Assembly (NCBI GenBank): GCA_937625935.1
Contig: OW569356.1
Span: forward strand, 248,001 to 312,000
Source of the DNA: Tetramitus jugosus
Taxonomy: Eukaryota; Protista; Heterolobosea
Length of the DNA: 64,000 nt
Direction of reading: 5' to 3'
Of this stretch, positions 28,816-40,089 are shown piece after piece; position 1 is the first letter of the stretch; each line of letters begins with the position of its first letter. The notes below the pieces were generated by a model. That model worked only from the letters and a program-made list of their open reading frames with translations, was not told where the DNA came from and did not search any database. Made by a program: the position numbers and the translations under genes.

Positions 28816-31341
28816 ATGACAAGGGAAGAGACTTCAAAGCGCAGAATTCAAACTCTGCTCAATCACATGATTCAACAACCACCATCCACTTCTCCTTTAT
28901 CTCTCGTTCAACATGATCATCATCATCATGATGCTTCTTCCTCATCACCACTTCTCTCATCATCCAACACTTGTGGTATCATTGCATTTGTGAGTGATAG
29001 TGAACCATCGTTTGACTATTTGATGGATGGATTGACCATCTTACAGAATAGAGGATATGACAGTGCTGGTATCTGTACCATTGATGAATCAACAACAACA
29101 ACAACAACCAACAACACATCTTCCAATTGTGATGATGATATTGGTAGTAATAGTAATAGTAATAGTAGTAATAGTAGTAGTGGCAGTGTTCTAGTGAGTA
29201 GCAAGTATGCAAGCAAGAGAACCACATCAGATGCACTAGACTTGTTGAAGAATATGAATCAAGTGCACAGGAATCATAGGATTGGTATAGGGCATACGAG
29301 ATGGGCGACCCATGGTGCCAAAACAGACAAGAATGCTCATCCTCACATGGACTACAAGCAACGAATTGCACTCGTTCACAATGGAGTGATTGAGAATAGT
29401 CAGGAATTGAAACGAATGATTCATCAAAAGTATCCTCATGTGCGATTCGAATCAGAGACTGACACTGAAGTCATTGTTCAACTCTTGTCCATCAACTATG
29501 ATCTAATCAGTCGTAGTCATACTAGTACTAGTAACAACAATAGTAGTAGTCATAGTAGTAGTCGTAGTAACCATGTAAAACAGAGAAATCAATGGTTTAT
29601 TGATGCATTGATTCAAACATTGAATCAATTGGAAGGAACATGGGGACTCGTCATTCTCACTACTCTCTATCAATCACCATCATTATCATCCAATCACAGT
29701 AGTAGTAGTGGTGGTAGTGGTGGTGGTAGTACTAGTAGTAGTAGTAGTCATCACAACAACAACAGCAATCCCAATTGCTTGATTGCAGTGAGAAATGGTA
29801 GTCCAATGCTCATTGGATTGTGCAACAATGAGAATCGCATGTTCATCTCATCAGAGAGCTCAGCATTCATCACTCATACAAGAGAGATGATATCGTTGAA
29901 CAATGGAGAGTTGGCCATTGTCTCCAGTCATGGCATTCAAGAATTGATTCAATACAATAATGACAAGGATATCATGAACATGAATAACAATGTCAATGAT
30001 CGAATTGTTCAATTGAAGAGTGGTAGTGGTGGCGGTGGTGGTGGTAGCAGTAGCAGTATGCTATCACCTGATCCCTATCCTCATTGGACATTGAAGGAGA
30101 TTATGGAACAACCAGAGGCAGTGAGTCGCTCATTGAACTTTGGAGGTAGAATACTCAATGAAACAAATGTCAAACTGGGAGGATTGGATGACAATGCACA
30201 CTTCTTGACCAATATTCAACACTTGGTCATTGCTGCATGTGGTACGAGTTACTATGCAGCACTGTATGGTGCAAAGCTCATGAGACAATTCAAATGTTTC
30301 CATACCATACGAGTTGTCGATGCTGCCGAGTTGGGTATGGATGACTTGGCTGGTTGGAATGTTGTAGGTGGTGGTGGTGATAGTGTTGTGACTGGTGCTT
30401 CTTCTGCTGCATCTGGTGCTAGTGTTGGTATTGGTGGTGGTATTGGTGGTGGTGCTAGTAGTGATGCATCCAATGAAGCAATGAATAGCACCACTGCTAC
30501 GACTGGACTGCTCGTCATTTCTCAGAGTGGTGAAACAAGTGATGTCATGAGATGTTTGAATTTGGCACAACAAATGCAGATTCCAACATTTAGCATTGTC
30601 AACAAGGTGGACTCTCTGATTGCCAAGACAACGAGCTGTGGTGTCTATATCAACGCCGGTAGAGAACATGCTGTCGCTAGCACAAAGGCATTCACATGTC
30701 AAATCACAGTGCTATCTCTCGTAACACTGTGGTTCGCAGAGAAGAGAACCAGAACAGCACAAACATTGACACAAATGAGACAACAAATGGTCAGCAGTCT
30801 ACACAGACTACCAACAAGCATTGGTATGCTGTGTTCAGAGCACAACAAGATGAGAAACTTGTGCGCTCGCATTGCACGAAATGACCTATTGAACACACGT
30901 GACATGTTCTTACTCGGCAAGGGATTCGGTGAATCGATTGCTCTGGAAGGTGCACTCAAGATTAAGGAAATTACCTATACGCACGCAGAGGCATACAGCA
31001 GTGGAGCACTCAAGCACGGACCATTTGCACTCATTGAAGAAGGCACTCCCATATTTGTCATTGCATTGAACGATATGCACTTGAATTTGAATTTGACTGC
31101 CATTCATGAAGTGAAGGCCAGAGGTGCCAAAGTGTTTGCCATTACAGATCTCGATGGATCCACCAGAGAAGACAAACTCGGTCACATTTGTCATCAAATC
31201 ATTCCCATTCCAAACAATGGTCTATTGACTGCACTATTGGCAGTGGTGCCATTGCAATTGATTGCATATGAACTGGCCGTTGCAAGAGGCATCGATGTCG
31301 ATAGACCTAGAAACTTGGCCAAGAGTGTGACTGTACTCTAA
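28816..31341 (+). CDS. GFAT: Glutamine-fructose-6-phosphate aminotransferase (GFAT/GlmS) with N-terminal extension
   Basis: CGII, QNRGYDSAG, GHTRWATHG, HNGVIEN, SETDTEV, SQSGETSD, VASTKAFT, EGALKIKE, LKHGPFAL, PRNLAKSVTV. Confidence 0.96.
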   Translation: MTREETSKRRIQTLLNHMIQQPPSTSPLSLVQHDHHHHDASSSSPLLSSSNTCGIIAFVSDSEPSFDYLMDGLTILQNRGYDSAGICTIDESTTTTTTNNTSSNCDDDIGSNSNSNSSNSSSGSVLVSSKYASKRTTSDALDLLKNMNQVHRNHRIGIGHTRWATHGAKTDKNAHPHMDYKQRIALVHNGVIENSQELKRMIHQKYPHVRFESETDTEVIVQLLSINYDLISRSHTSTSNNNSSSHSSSRSNHVKQRNQWFIDALIQTLNQLEGTWGLVILTTLYQSPSLSSNHSSSSGGSGGGSTSSSSSHHNNNSNPNCLIAVRNGSPMLIGLCNNENRMFISSESSAFITHTREMISLNNGELAIVSSHGIQELIQYNNDKDIMNMNNNVNDRIVQLKSGSGGGGGGSSSSMLSPDPYPHWTLKEIMEQPEAVSRSLNFGGRILNETNVKLGGLDDNAHFLTNIQHLVIAACGTSYYAALYGAKLMRQFKCFHTIRVVDAAELGMDDLAGWNVVGGGGDSVVTGASSAASGASVGIGGGIGGGASSDASNEAMNSTTATTGLLVISQSGETSDVMRCLNLAQQMQIPTFSIVNKVDSLIAKTTSCGVYINAGREHAVASTKAFTCQITVLSLVTLWFAEKRTRTAQTLTQMRQQMVSSLHRLPTSIGMLCSEHNKMRNLCARIARNDLLNTRDMFLLGKGFGESIALEGALKIKEITYTHAEAYSSGALKHGPFALIEEGTPIFVIALNDMHLNLNLTAIHEVKARGAKVFAITDLDGSTREDKLGHICHQIIPIPNNGLLTALLAVVPLQLIAYELAVARGIDVDRPRNLAKSVTVL

Positions 31342-31570
31342 ATAGGCGAGGAGATGATGTGTAAATAAATGTATTATTCCTAGAAGACAACAACAATATG
31401 ATAAAAAACACAATTCATAAGAGTACTTTATTCACACGTGGTCTGTACTTGTTGTTGTTGTTGGTGGTAGTTATACACCATACTAACACGGCTAAAGGTC
31501 TTTTTGGTCATCCATCTATCCATCAGCATGTTTCGTCAGATCTATCTATTGTCATCATCATTCATCATCT

Positions 31571-32434
31571 TCATGTTTCATACTTGTTGATTGTCATGCC
31601 CTTTGGTGCATCGCCTTCCACCTTTCTAGATCCCACATCACTCCAATTCGTTGACAATACTGTGCCACCACTCTCTGTAAATGATTTGATCATGGCTCTT
31701 CTTGTCTCTTCATTGCCCTGTGAATAAATTTGTTGAAATAGTTTGTTGAGAGCAGCATCACCCTCTGGCTTCTCCTCTTCTTCTTCCTTTTTCAATTGTT
31801 GAGCCAATGATTCCCAATGATCACTCTTGCTCTTGTTCTGAGGAGTCGTATTGCTAGTAGTAGTAGTAGTATTATTATTATTATTGTCATCATCACACAC
31901 ATCTTCTTGTTGACTCTTACCAATCTTCTTGTTTCTCATGGATGAAGAAGGATATTGTCTAGGATCAAAATTCTTTCTCTCTTCGAAAATGCTGCCTGGT
32001 TTCAACAGTGAATGATCAATGGACTGCACTGATTCATCAATCTCCAATGATGGCCAATGGATATCAGTGTTTGATTTGCGCAATGTCATTTCAATCTTTG
32101 TTTGATAGGTGCATGTGATTTTGGATTCACTCTCCACGACACGATCAAACAATTGAAATGTTTTTTCCCAGAGCATGATGGGGGATTCACATGATGATGA
32201 TGATGATGATGATGGTGGTAGAGAGAGTGAGACATGGATGGTGCGATCATCTAGGAATGAGACCTTTCGATGTTCAATAGGAATCTTCTGAAGACCAATG
32301 ACAGATACAACAACATCGTTGCCCATTTGATAAAAATTGTATTTGATCTTGTTTCTGATCAAATCAAGTTCTGTCTGTGGTGGTGCTGTTGTTGTTGTTT
32401 CCTGTTGTTGTTGTTGTTCGGTGGATGTGCTCAT
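31571..32434 (-). CDS. SGT1: SGT1 co-chaperone (CS + SGS domains, no TPR)
   Basis: YNFYQ...[13 protein letters not shown] (CS domain); YPSS and [34 protein letters not shown] (SGS domain). Confidence 0.93.
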   Translation of the reverse strand: MSTSTEQQQQQETTTTAPPQTELDLIRNKIKYNFYQMGNDVVVSVIGLQKIPIEHRKVSFLDDRTIHVSLSLPPSSSSSSSCESPIMLWEKTFQLFDRVVESESKITCTYQTKIEMTLRKSNTDIHWPSLEIDESVQSIDHSLLKPGSIFEERKNFDPRQYPSSSMRNKKIGKSQQEDVCDDDNNNNNTTTTTSNTTPQNKSKSDHWESLAQQLKKEEEEEKPEGDAALNKLFQQIYSQGNEETRRAMIKSFTESGGTVLSTNWSDVGSRKVEGDAPKGMTINKYET

Positions 32435-32970
32435 TTGTTCGTCGTCAGTGTATGTGAAAGTAGTATGAAATCAATCTGTTGTTTTTTTGTTTCTGGCTGA
32501 GTTCTTTTCGCTTGAGAACCGTGTCGTGTCCTCGTTCGGAATGACAAAAGGATTCCGAAGACGAAAAATTCCGAGTACGGTAACAGTGAGTTATGGTCTA
32601 CCTCATCATCCAATTCTCTGTCTCTTTGCAACATATCATACTCATGTCTAGGATATCATTTCACATCAAGAACACTTTCTCCCTTGTTTCTCAATTGTTC
32701 CTCTCATAACCTTCCATCGGGGAATCGGATTAATTATTTTTGTAAAGATGAAATTGAGAGTTCAAGAAAAATGTGGACCACATCAAGACATGAAGGACAA
32801 ATAAAGACGGCATTTTCGGAGCGTTAATGAAGTGCACACGCAACCACAAATTGAACCAAACATTGAAAAAAAAAGGCGCAACTCACAGTGCACGAACCCA
32901 CGGACCATCGTACTCCACCTCCAGACTACAGAGAAAAAAAAAAGCAAACACACCATACCTTCAGTAGAAA

Positions 32971-35900
32971 ATGAACATGAGTAGCACTGCATTGCGACCC
33001 AACAATAACAACAATAACAGTCATCACCCCAGTCGGAATCAATTCTCCCATTCACTGCCCCGAATCATTACTCCCAACAACACCAATAGCTCTCCACCAT
33101 CATCCAGCACAGTGACTAGTGCTGCTTCTTCCTCCTCTGTTCCCACACCTCCCACCACTCCCACCACCTCTCATCAAATGATCAACACCACTCCCACCAA
33201 CACTCAACAACAAACACAACAACAACAACACATTATCAACATGTGCAACAGTGGTAAATACAAACCTAACCCTGCCCTCATTCCACACATTGTCTCTCTC
33301 CTCACCAACTTTCAAGAGGCACTCAAGAAAAAGGCTCAGGGTCAATCAGAGCTCTATGACAAGATGAATCAAAATTTTAACAAACTACCACCCAGTCAAT
33401 TAATCTTGGCATTCAAGGCATTGAGTCTTTGTGCTGGATTGTTGACTCCTGAACATCATCAATCCTTTATTGCCATTTTGTTGCGTCAGAGTGAAGAAGC
33501 CATTTATTTTCAACGTGATGCAGACATTGTTCACTCGTATATTGACTTTTTGTCTGCCATGTTCACTTATTGCCCCACTTATTTTTCATCCTTTTTGGGC
33601 TTTTGCGTCAATATGCTGAAACCAATGGATTTGTTGCGATTTCAACAATTCAAGGCCATGGTCATGAGTTCACAAATTGCAACCACTGGTAGTGTAGCAA
33701 GTATGACCTATGGTGGTGGTGGTGCATCTTCTTCTTCTACTCAACAACAACAACAACAACAGCAGCAGATTCAAGCACTGAGACCAGAAGTACTCCAACA
33801 ATTGGAAGAACTCAAGTTTCACAATGTACAACTCGTACTGCAACACTTGTCTGTTGGAAGACATGCCACTCTATTCCAAAAATCAATTATTGCACTGTTG
33901 GGTGATCATTATCCACATCATTATAATCCCCTGCGGTTTCACAAGTACTATGTGTTGAATCTGTTGCAACTGTCTCAGTATTTGCCCGATCGATTCTTTT
34001 CTCAAATCTTTCGATTGATTATTGATCGAATGATTGCCATGGATGCTGAGATTAAACCAGGATTAGAAGATGCCACAACCACAGCAACAGCTACCACACA
34101 AAATAACAACAATACAGCCATGATGATGATGATTAACAATGAAGAGTCATCACAACAACAACAACAGAACTCAACAGCAAACATGACGAGTGCTCAATTG
34201 TTGTTTGATATGGAGTTAGATGCCAGTCTCATGGATCCTTCAGCTGATGAACACTTGTTGCAAGTGTACATGGCTGAAAAATTGGACACTGTCATGCTCA
34301 TTTTGTTTGAGTACATTCATGCCTGCTCTACCAACCCAACCAAGATTCAACGAGTGTTTGACACTATGATGCAAATGTTTTCATCCTTTGTGGCCAACAC
34401 GTATCAGTTGCACTCGTTGCAATTCCTCATGTTTTACATTTGTAGCTTCAATGTCAAGTTTGTTCATCGATTTATTCAATATTTGTTGACCAAGGTGTTG
34501 GACAAATCACAGAATGTCGATGTGAGAAAGTGCTGTGCTGCCTACATTTCTGGTTTTGTATCACGTGCCAATTACATGACTGCTGAATCAGTGGTGGAAG
34601 CATTGGAGAGACAAGTCATTTGGCTCGAGCAGTACATTCAAATGTTTGAAAAGACGGTGACATCAACGTTTCTCGATATTCACACCCATGCCATCTTCTA
34701 CTCTGTATGTCAAGGAGTGTTCTATGTCTTGTGCTACAAGATTTATCCATTGATGCAGAGTGAACAGGGACGTCAGTTCTTGCACAATTCAGTGTTTGAG
34801 AAGATTGTGTATTCGCGGTTCAATCCATTCAAGGTACGTTTATTTTTTGTATTCCTTTTTTTTTAATGGAATCAATCATGTGATTGATTTGTTGTTGTTG
34901 TTCGATTGGTGACTAAACATTCTTTCCTTGTATTTGTGTCCGCTCGTTGCTCGCTCATATGCTTCAATTGAACAATCATGATAATGATTGTCATTGATGA
35001 ATTCATTTGATCAAATTTATGATGTTGCATTCAATAATTAATTTATTGATTGTACTTCGATTGTGTTCAATGTGTATTGGATAATCACTTGTTCATAATC
35101 ACTAACATGACAACAACAACATTGATCATCATTGGTGTGTGATGATGATTCTATGATTCTGTTGTACATGTGTGCATGTCCAATAAATTGTTTGATCATC
35201 ATTTCCATGCATGATGTTGACAAACAAAAACCATACAATCTAATGATTGTTGATGCTATTTGGGTTTCATTCATTCGACTCGTGTGCCTTGTGTGTGTCT
35301 GTGAATACTTTGATCTATTGTCATTGTATCAAAATAATATTATGACTTGTTGCCATGATGATGATGACGTGTGCATGTGGTATTATGAAAATAATATACA
35401 ATGAACATATACACAACAACATCCGTACGATAGATTATTGCCATGGATGTTGTGCAAGAGGTTGTCAGTGCATTTAGACACTATTCGCTCCATGACTTTA
35501 CTCAGCTCCTTATCAACAATAGAGACTTGGTCGTTGTCAAGTCCAAATCCACAGTCAACTACCTGGAGAACAACTTTTTCCCATTTGATCCTTATCTGTT
35601 GAGACAATCTCAATCATTTATCAACCCATTGTATCAAAAGTGGGAAGGTGGTTATGATTTGAGTTACAATAATCTTTACAATAATCCACCGTCAAGGAGT
35701 CGATCGCGGTCCATTCGCTCTACAACAAGTCTCAGCAGCAGTGATGATGGCATGTATGATGAAGATGGAGCAGAGGCCTTCTCCTATGAGGACAACCTCG
35801 TTGGATCCAATCACTACAACTCGTCCATGGACCGCGCAGGTCTCTTTTTCCAAGCATCGGAATCTACGTCGACCTCTACCACCAAGCAACAACCGAACAA

Positions 35901-36285
35901 GAAGACGACGTCGTCATTACGGAAACGTCAGATGCTAGATGACGATGATGACGATGACGAAGAAGAGGAAGAGAGCGTAGAAGATGAAAAGATTGATGAC
36001 GATGATGACGATGTGAACTTTGATGACGATGATGACGATGAAGATGAAAACTTGGAGGAAGATGACAATGATGTGTTCTCAAGTGACGAAGGAGAGAATG
36101 ATTTGCATTATCATGAAGACGATGATGTTGAGATTGGAAGCTACAATGACTCCAATCGATTCATTATGATACCTGGAGTGAACAAGTCTCGAAAGAATTC
36201 AAGTGTCATGCGAAGAAGTAGCTTTATGGGCAGTCCTGCTTCATTTGATGAGATGCAACATCCTTATGGATGGCCAAACATGTAA
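32971..36285 (+). CDS. RRN3: RNA polymerase I initiation factor RRN3/TIF-IA; exons 32971-34833 and 35434-36285
   Basis: IIDRMIAMDAEI, AEKLD, QFLMFYICS, AAYISGFVSRA, FYSVCQGVFYVLCY, NPFK|IIAMDVV, FFPFDPYLL, acidic tail. Confidence 0.9.
34834..35433 (+). other. Spliceosomal intron (600 nt) in RRN3, no internal AG
   Basis: AAG|GTACGT donor. The first downstream AG is at 35432-35433 and gives an in-frame phase-0 join. Confidence 0.88.
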
Positions 36286-36642
36286 ACATGTTATCCGGAA
36301 CAAAAGCATGCTTTTTGTTTATTTCTCTTCATGCAGCCATGAAGATGGTGCAGCACACATCTGTTTCCGTCTAGTGGCCAATCTGCGTGTATGTGTGTGT
36401 GGTACCAACCAATGCAACAGATATTGTGTAGATGTCTGTCTCATTCCCTTTGCATGTCAGGACATTGCATCAGGTTCCACCAATGCTCCGCTTTCTCTCG
36501 AAATAAAATTCTTTTCAAACGTAATTCAGCGACCGAACGAACCTTCATGCTGCGTTATTTTGTGAGGAAAAGATCGACAGTCGTCGGAGAGATCAACAAC
36601 AACAACACATTGAGATCAAAATCATTTACTGCTACGACGAAT

Positions 36643-37335
36643 ATGCCTGCTATTAAAGCCATCATCTGTCCCAGTCTCCTCTCAAGTGACTTTGCACAAT
36701 TAGCTTCCGAGTGCAACAAGATTTTGGAGCAAGGAGCCGATTGGTTGCACATGGATGTCATGGACGGCCATTTCGTTCCTAATTTGACCATGGGACCACC
36801 TGTGATCAAGAGTGTGCGATCTCACACGAGTGGATTCATGGACTGTCATCTCATGATCACCGATCCCATCAAATACGCACCAGAGTTTGTCAAGGCAGGT
36901 GCCGACAACATTACTGTTCATTGGGAAGTGTTCTCCAGTGCAGATCAAGTCGCATCATTTGTCAAGTCATTTGATGACTCCAAGTGCAAAGTATCGATTG
37001 CACTGAAGCCAAAGACAATGGCCGATGAATTGGTTCACTTGATTCAAAATGACCCACAATTTGCTCAAAAGTTGTTCATGGTTCTCGTCATGACTGTTGA
37101 ACCAGGTTTCGGTGGACAATCCTTTATGCCAGAGCCATTGGTCAAGGTGGAACAGTTGAGAAGTGTGAAGCCCGATCTCAACATTCAAGTCGACGGTGGA
37201 ATTTCAATGAACACTGTAGAGCAAGCAGCACAGAAGGGAGCCAACGTAATTGTGGCCGGAAGTGCAATCTTCAACGCCCAGGACAGAGCAGCTTACATGG
37301 AAGGCCTGAGAACAAAGGTGAATCAATTCTTCTAA
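36643..37335 (+). CDS. RPE: Ribulose-phosphate 3-epimerase
   Basis: ICPSLLSSDF, LHMDVMDGHFVPNLT, DCHLM, VMTVEPGFGGQSF, IQVDGG, GANVIVAGSA. True start is MPAIKA. Confidence 0.96.
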   Translation: MPAIKAIICPSLLSSDFAQLASECNKILEQGADWLHMDVMDGHFVPNLTMGPPVIKSVRSHTSGFMDCHLMITDPIKYAPEFVKAGADNITVHWEVFSSADQVASFVKSFDDSKCKVSIALKPKTMADELVHLIQNDPQFAQKLFMVLVMTVEPGFGGQSFMPEPLVKVEQLRSVKPDLNIQVDGGISMNTVEQAAQKGANVIVAGSAIFNAQDRAAYMEGLRTKVNQFF

Positions 37336-37420
37336 CTTGATAAAACACTCATTTTGGATGAATTTTTTATATACATTGATTTATTATGTTATTGTCAATA
37401 GGGGAAAATTGGAAAGGTTG

Positions 37421-39460
37421 TTACTCTTGGTTGTCGTTGTTGATATCTCCCAGCTCGACAACATCGATTGTTGGGTCAACGTCATGATCGTTTTCAGAGT
37501 CAGATTCGTGATCCGAGTCGGATTGGTCAGTTGTGTTACCATCTTGTTGTTCACCAGCGCCACCAAACATCATCTGCTTCTTGGCCAATCTGGAATAGTA
37601 ACCATCATCAATTTGCAACAATTCGTGATGAGTACCCTTCTCCTTCATCTCTCCCTTGTGCATGACAACAATGACATCAGAGTCAACAACAGTGGACAAT
37701 CTGTGAGCAATCACAATGGATGTTCTGCCTTGCATCAACTTTGTCAGAGCGTCTTGGACAATGGATTCTGATTGAGTATCGAGAGCAGAGGTGGCTTCAT
37801 CCAAGAGCAGCAATGATGGATTTTGAATCATGGCTCTTGCAATAGCAATTCTTTGTTTTTGACCACCAGACAAGGACACACCTCTCTCACCGAGTTGAGT
37901 GTTGTATCCATTAGCGAATCCGAGAATAAAGTCATGGGCGTTGGCAGCAATGGCAGCTCTCTCAATCTCTTCATCTGTCACTGTTCTCAAACCAGCAACT
38001 GCGTAGCAAATGTTTTCCTTGATGGTACCGGCGAATAGTGTTGGTTCCTGTGTCACAATACCAATGTTTCTGTGCATCCATCTTGGATCAATCTCCTTAA
38101 TCTCTGTGCCGTCCAAGAAAATTTCACCAGAGTTTGCCTCATAGAATCTCTCCAACAGGCCAACAATGGTCGACTTTCCAGAACCGGAAGCACCAACCAA
38201 TGCAACAGCTTGACCAGGCTTAATCTCCAGATTAAAGTCCTTCAACACTTGAACGTTTGGTCTCGTAGGATAACAAAAGTTGACACCCTTGAACACAATG
38301 TTACCTTCAATCTTGGATGGAGTAATGGTACCAATGGTGCAATCAGGCTTTCTCAACACAACCTTGAGCATGCCCTTGATGGCAGCATCAGCCTTACCAA
38401 AATCAGGCAACACTTGAAGACCAGCAGACAGACCAATGACAGCCATGAGAACGAGACCAAACACCTGGAACAAGTCACCAACAGTAATTTCACCGTCAAT
38501 CACAAGTGTACCACCGTACCAGAAGGCAAGAGCCACTGTTCCCCAGATGAAGAAGGCTGCAAATGCAATCGTAGTACCCAGAGTCGTACTCTTGAAGAAG
38601 AAGAGCAGTTGAGCCTGTTGGAGCTTTCGTGCAAATCGAACCTTTTCCTTTGCTTCACCGTCCATGGATCTCACTGTTCTCATGGATGAGATGACTTCAT
38701 TGGCAACTGCACTGGCAGCACCCGTCTTTTCATTAACCTTGGATGTGAACACCTTGGTCAAGATGCCGGCACCACCCAGTGTACCAGCCAACAGTGGGGC
38801 GACAGACAGCATGACAAGCGCCATCTTCCAACCGGCATTGATGGCCAGTGCGACACCGAGAATGGCCTGAACGAGATCCTTGACAATTTCAGCCAGTTTG
38901 AGCGTGTAGGCATCTTGAATCGTTTCCATGTCGGCCAACTCACTCACCAGGTGACCCGTCTTTTTTCGATCAAAAAAGGCAATCTCTTGACTGAGCAGTG
39001 AACTAAAGTAGGCGTCTTTGAGTCTGGTTCCGAAACGATCATGAGCCAGATTCATAAAGAATTGTGTGAGGAAGCCACCGACAAAGGAAACAGCAGCCAG
39101 AATGGCCATCCAACGAGCCATGTTGTTAATATTTCTCTCAAATTCTGCATTTTGCTTGACTGCGAGAGCTGCATTGACAATGACACTGGTGGATGCTTCT
39201 ACACCGGTACGTGGAGTCATTCCATCAATCAACGTACCCAGAACGAGATACAATAGGACAGGCATGGCACCAGTGATGGCAGATCCTAGCATTCCAAACA
39301 ACAACCAAACCACTTCCCAACTAAAGATACGAAGAACGTAAAAGGAGGATCTGACGTTTGGTTCATGTGGATCAGGCATCTCCTCATGGTCATCACTGTG
39401 TTTTTGACTGAGTGCCTTTACACTCTTGCCTCTTGATTTTTTACTTGATGCTTTTGGCAT
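37421..39460 (-). CDS. ABCB-subfamily half transporter (TMD-NBD)
   Basis: TM domain with QEIAFFD and MRTVRS; Walker A GASGSGKST, signature [14 protein letters not shown], Walker [13 protein letters not shown]-loop IAHRLST. Confidence 0.95.
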   Translation of the reverse strand: MPKASSKKSRGKSVKALSQKHSDDHEEMPDPHEPNVRSSFYVLRIFSWEVVWLLFGMLGSAITGAMPVLLYLVLGTLIDGMTPRTGVEASTSVIVNAALAVKQNAEFERNINNMARWMAILAAVSFVGGFLTQFFMNLAHDRFGTRLKDAYFSSLLSQEIAFFDRKKTGHLVSELADMETIQDAYTLKLAEIVKDLVQAILGVALAINAGWKMALVMLSVAPLLAGTLGGAGILTKVFTSKVNEKTGAASAVANEVISSMRTVRSMDGEAKEKVRFARKLQQAQLLFFFKSTTLGTTIAFAAFFIWGTVALAFWYGGTLVIDGEITVGDLFQVFGLVLMAVIGLSAGLQVLPDFGKADAAIKGMLKVVLRKPDCTIGTITPSKIEGNIVFKGVNFCYPTRPNVQVLKDFNLEIKPGQAVALVGASGSGKSTIVGLLERFYEANSGEIFLDGTEIKEIDPRWMHRNIGIVTQEPTLFAGTIKENICYAVAGLRTVTDEEIERAAIAANAHDFILGFANGYNTQLGERGVSLSGGQKQRIAIARAMIQNPSLLLLDEATSALDTQSESIVQDALTKLMQGRTSIVIAHRLSTVVDSDVIVVMHKGEMKEKGTHHELLQIDDGYYSRLAKKQMMFGGAGEQQDGNTTDQSDSDHESDSENDHDVDPTIDVVELGDINNDNQE

Positions 39461-40089
39461 GTTGTTATTATTTTTTGTATGTGCGTGTGAGCTGAGTCAG
39501 AGTGTGTTTTTGTATTTGTTGCTTTTTTTTGGGGGGGATGGGGGTGATGATTCGGATAAAAAGTTTGTGTGATATCTCTGTGTGTGCTGTGTGTATGTGT
39601 GGGGTGACACTATCAGTACTGATATCGGAGTGCTAGAGGGTGTTGTTGTTGTTGAGTTGGTTTGGAGAAATATGGGGAAGCAGGTTCTCAATTTTAAAGG
39701 CGCAAGAAAAAAACCATGGCAGAACAATGGAGATTTGTGAAAAGCCCGTGGCAACTCGGGCGAGTTTTGTGTCGTCGCACTCTCCGTTGGTCCACAAACG
39801 TCTCGTGGGAGATTTCGACCAAACGGCGATATCGGGTAAATGTTCAAAGACGTTAACAATTTTGCTGTAAAGCAATGGGGAATTTCTTTCCTTCTTCCAC
39901 TTTGCCATCCAAGGATCTTCCAAGCCAAAAGATCAATATTAACGTTTACGCAAAATAGGCCGCCATTGAGATTGGCCGCCAAGCAGAAAAAAACCGGGAC
40001 CCAAGGCTTGGGAACTTTCTGTGCGAATAAACAACCCAACGACCTACCAACATCATCATCACCACTTGCATTAATTATTCACCTCTTTG

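Noticed and set aside
13543-31341. Hexosamine gene cluster (UDP-GlcNAc transporter plus GFAT)
   Set aside because: The genes are 14 kb apart with unrelated genes between them; chance is sufficient.
34834-35433. Intronic box C/D snoRNA in the RRN3 intron
   Set aside because: TGATGA occurs, mostly within GAT microsatellites, and I found no CTGA box D on the sense strand.
36391-36642. N-terminal extension of RPE in the ORF track
   Set aside because: Homology begins at MPAIKA (36643), and the upstream sequence looks like a CAA-rich leader.
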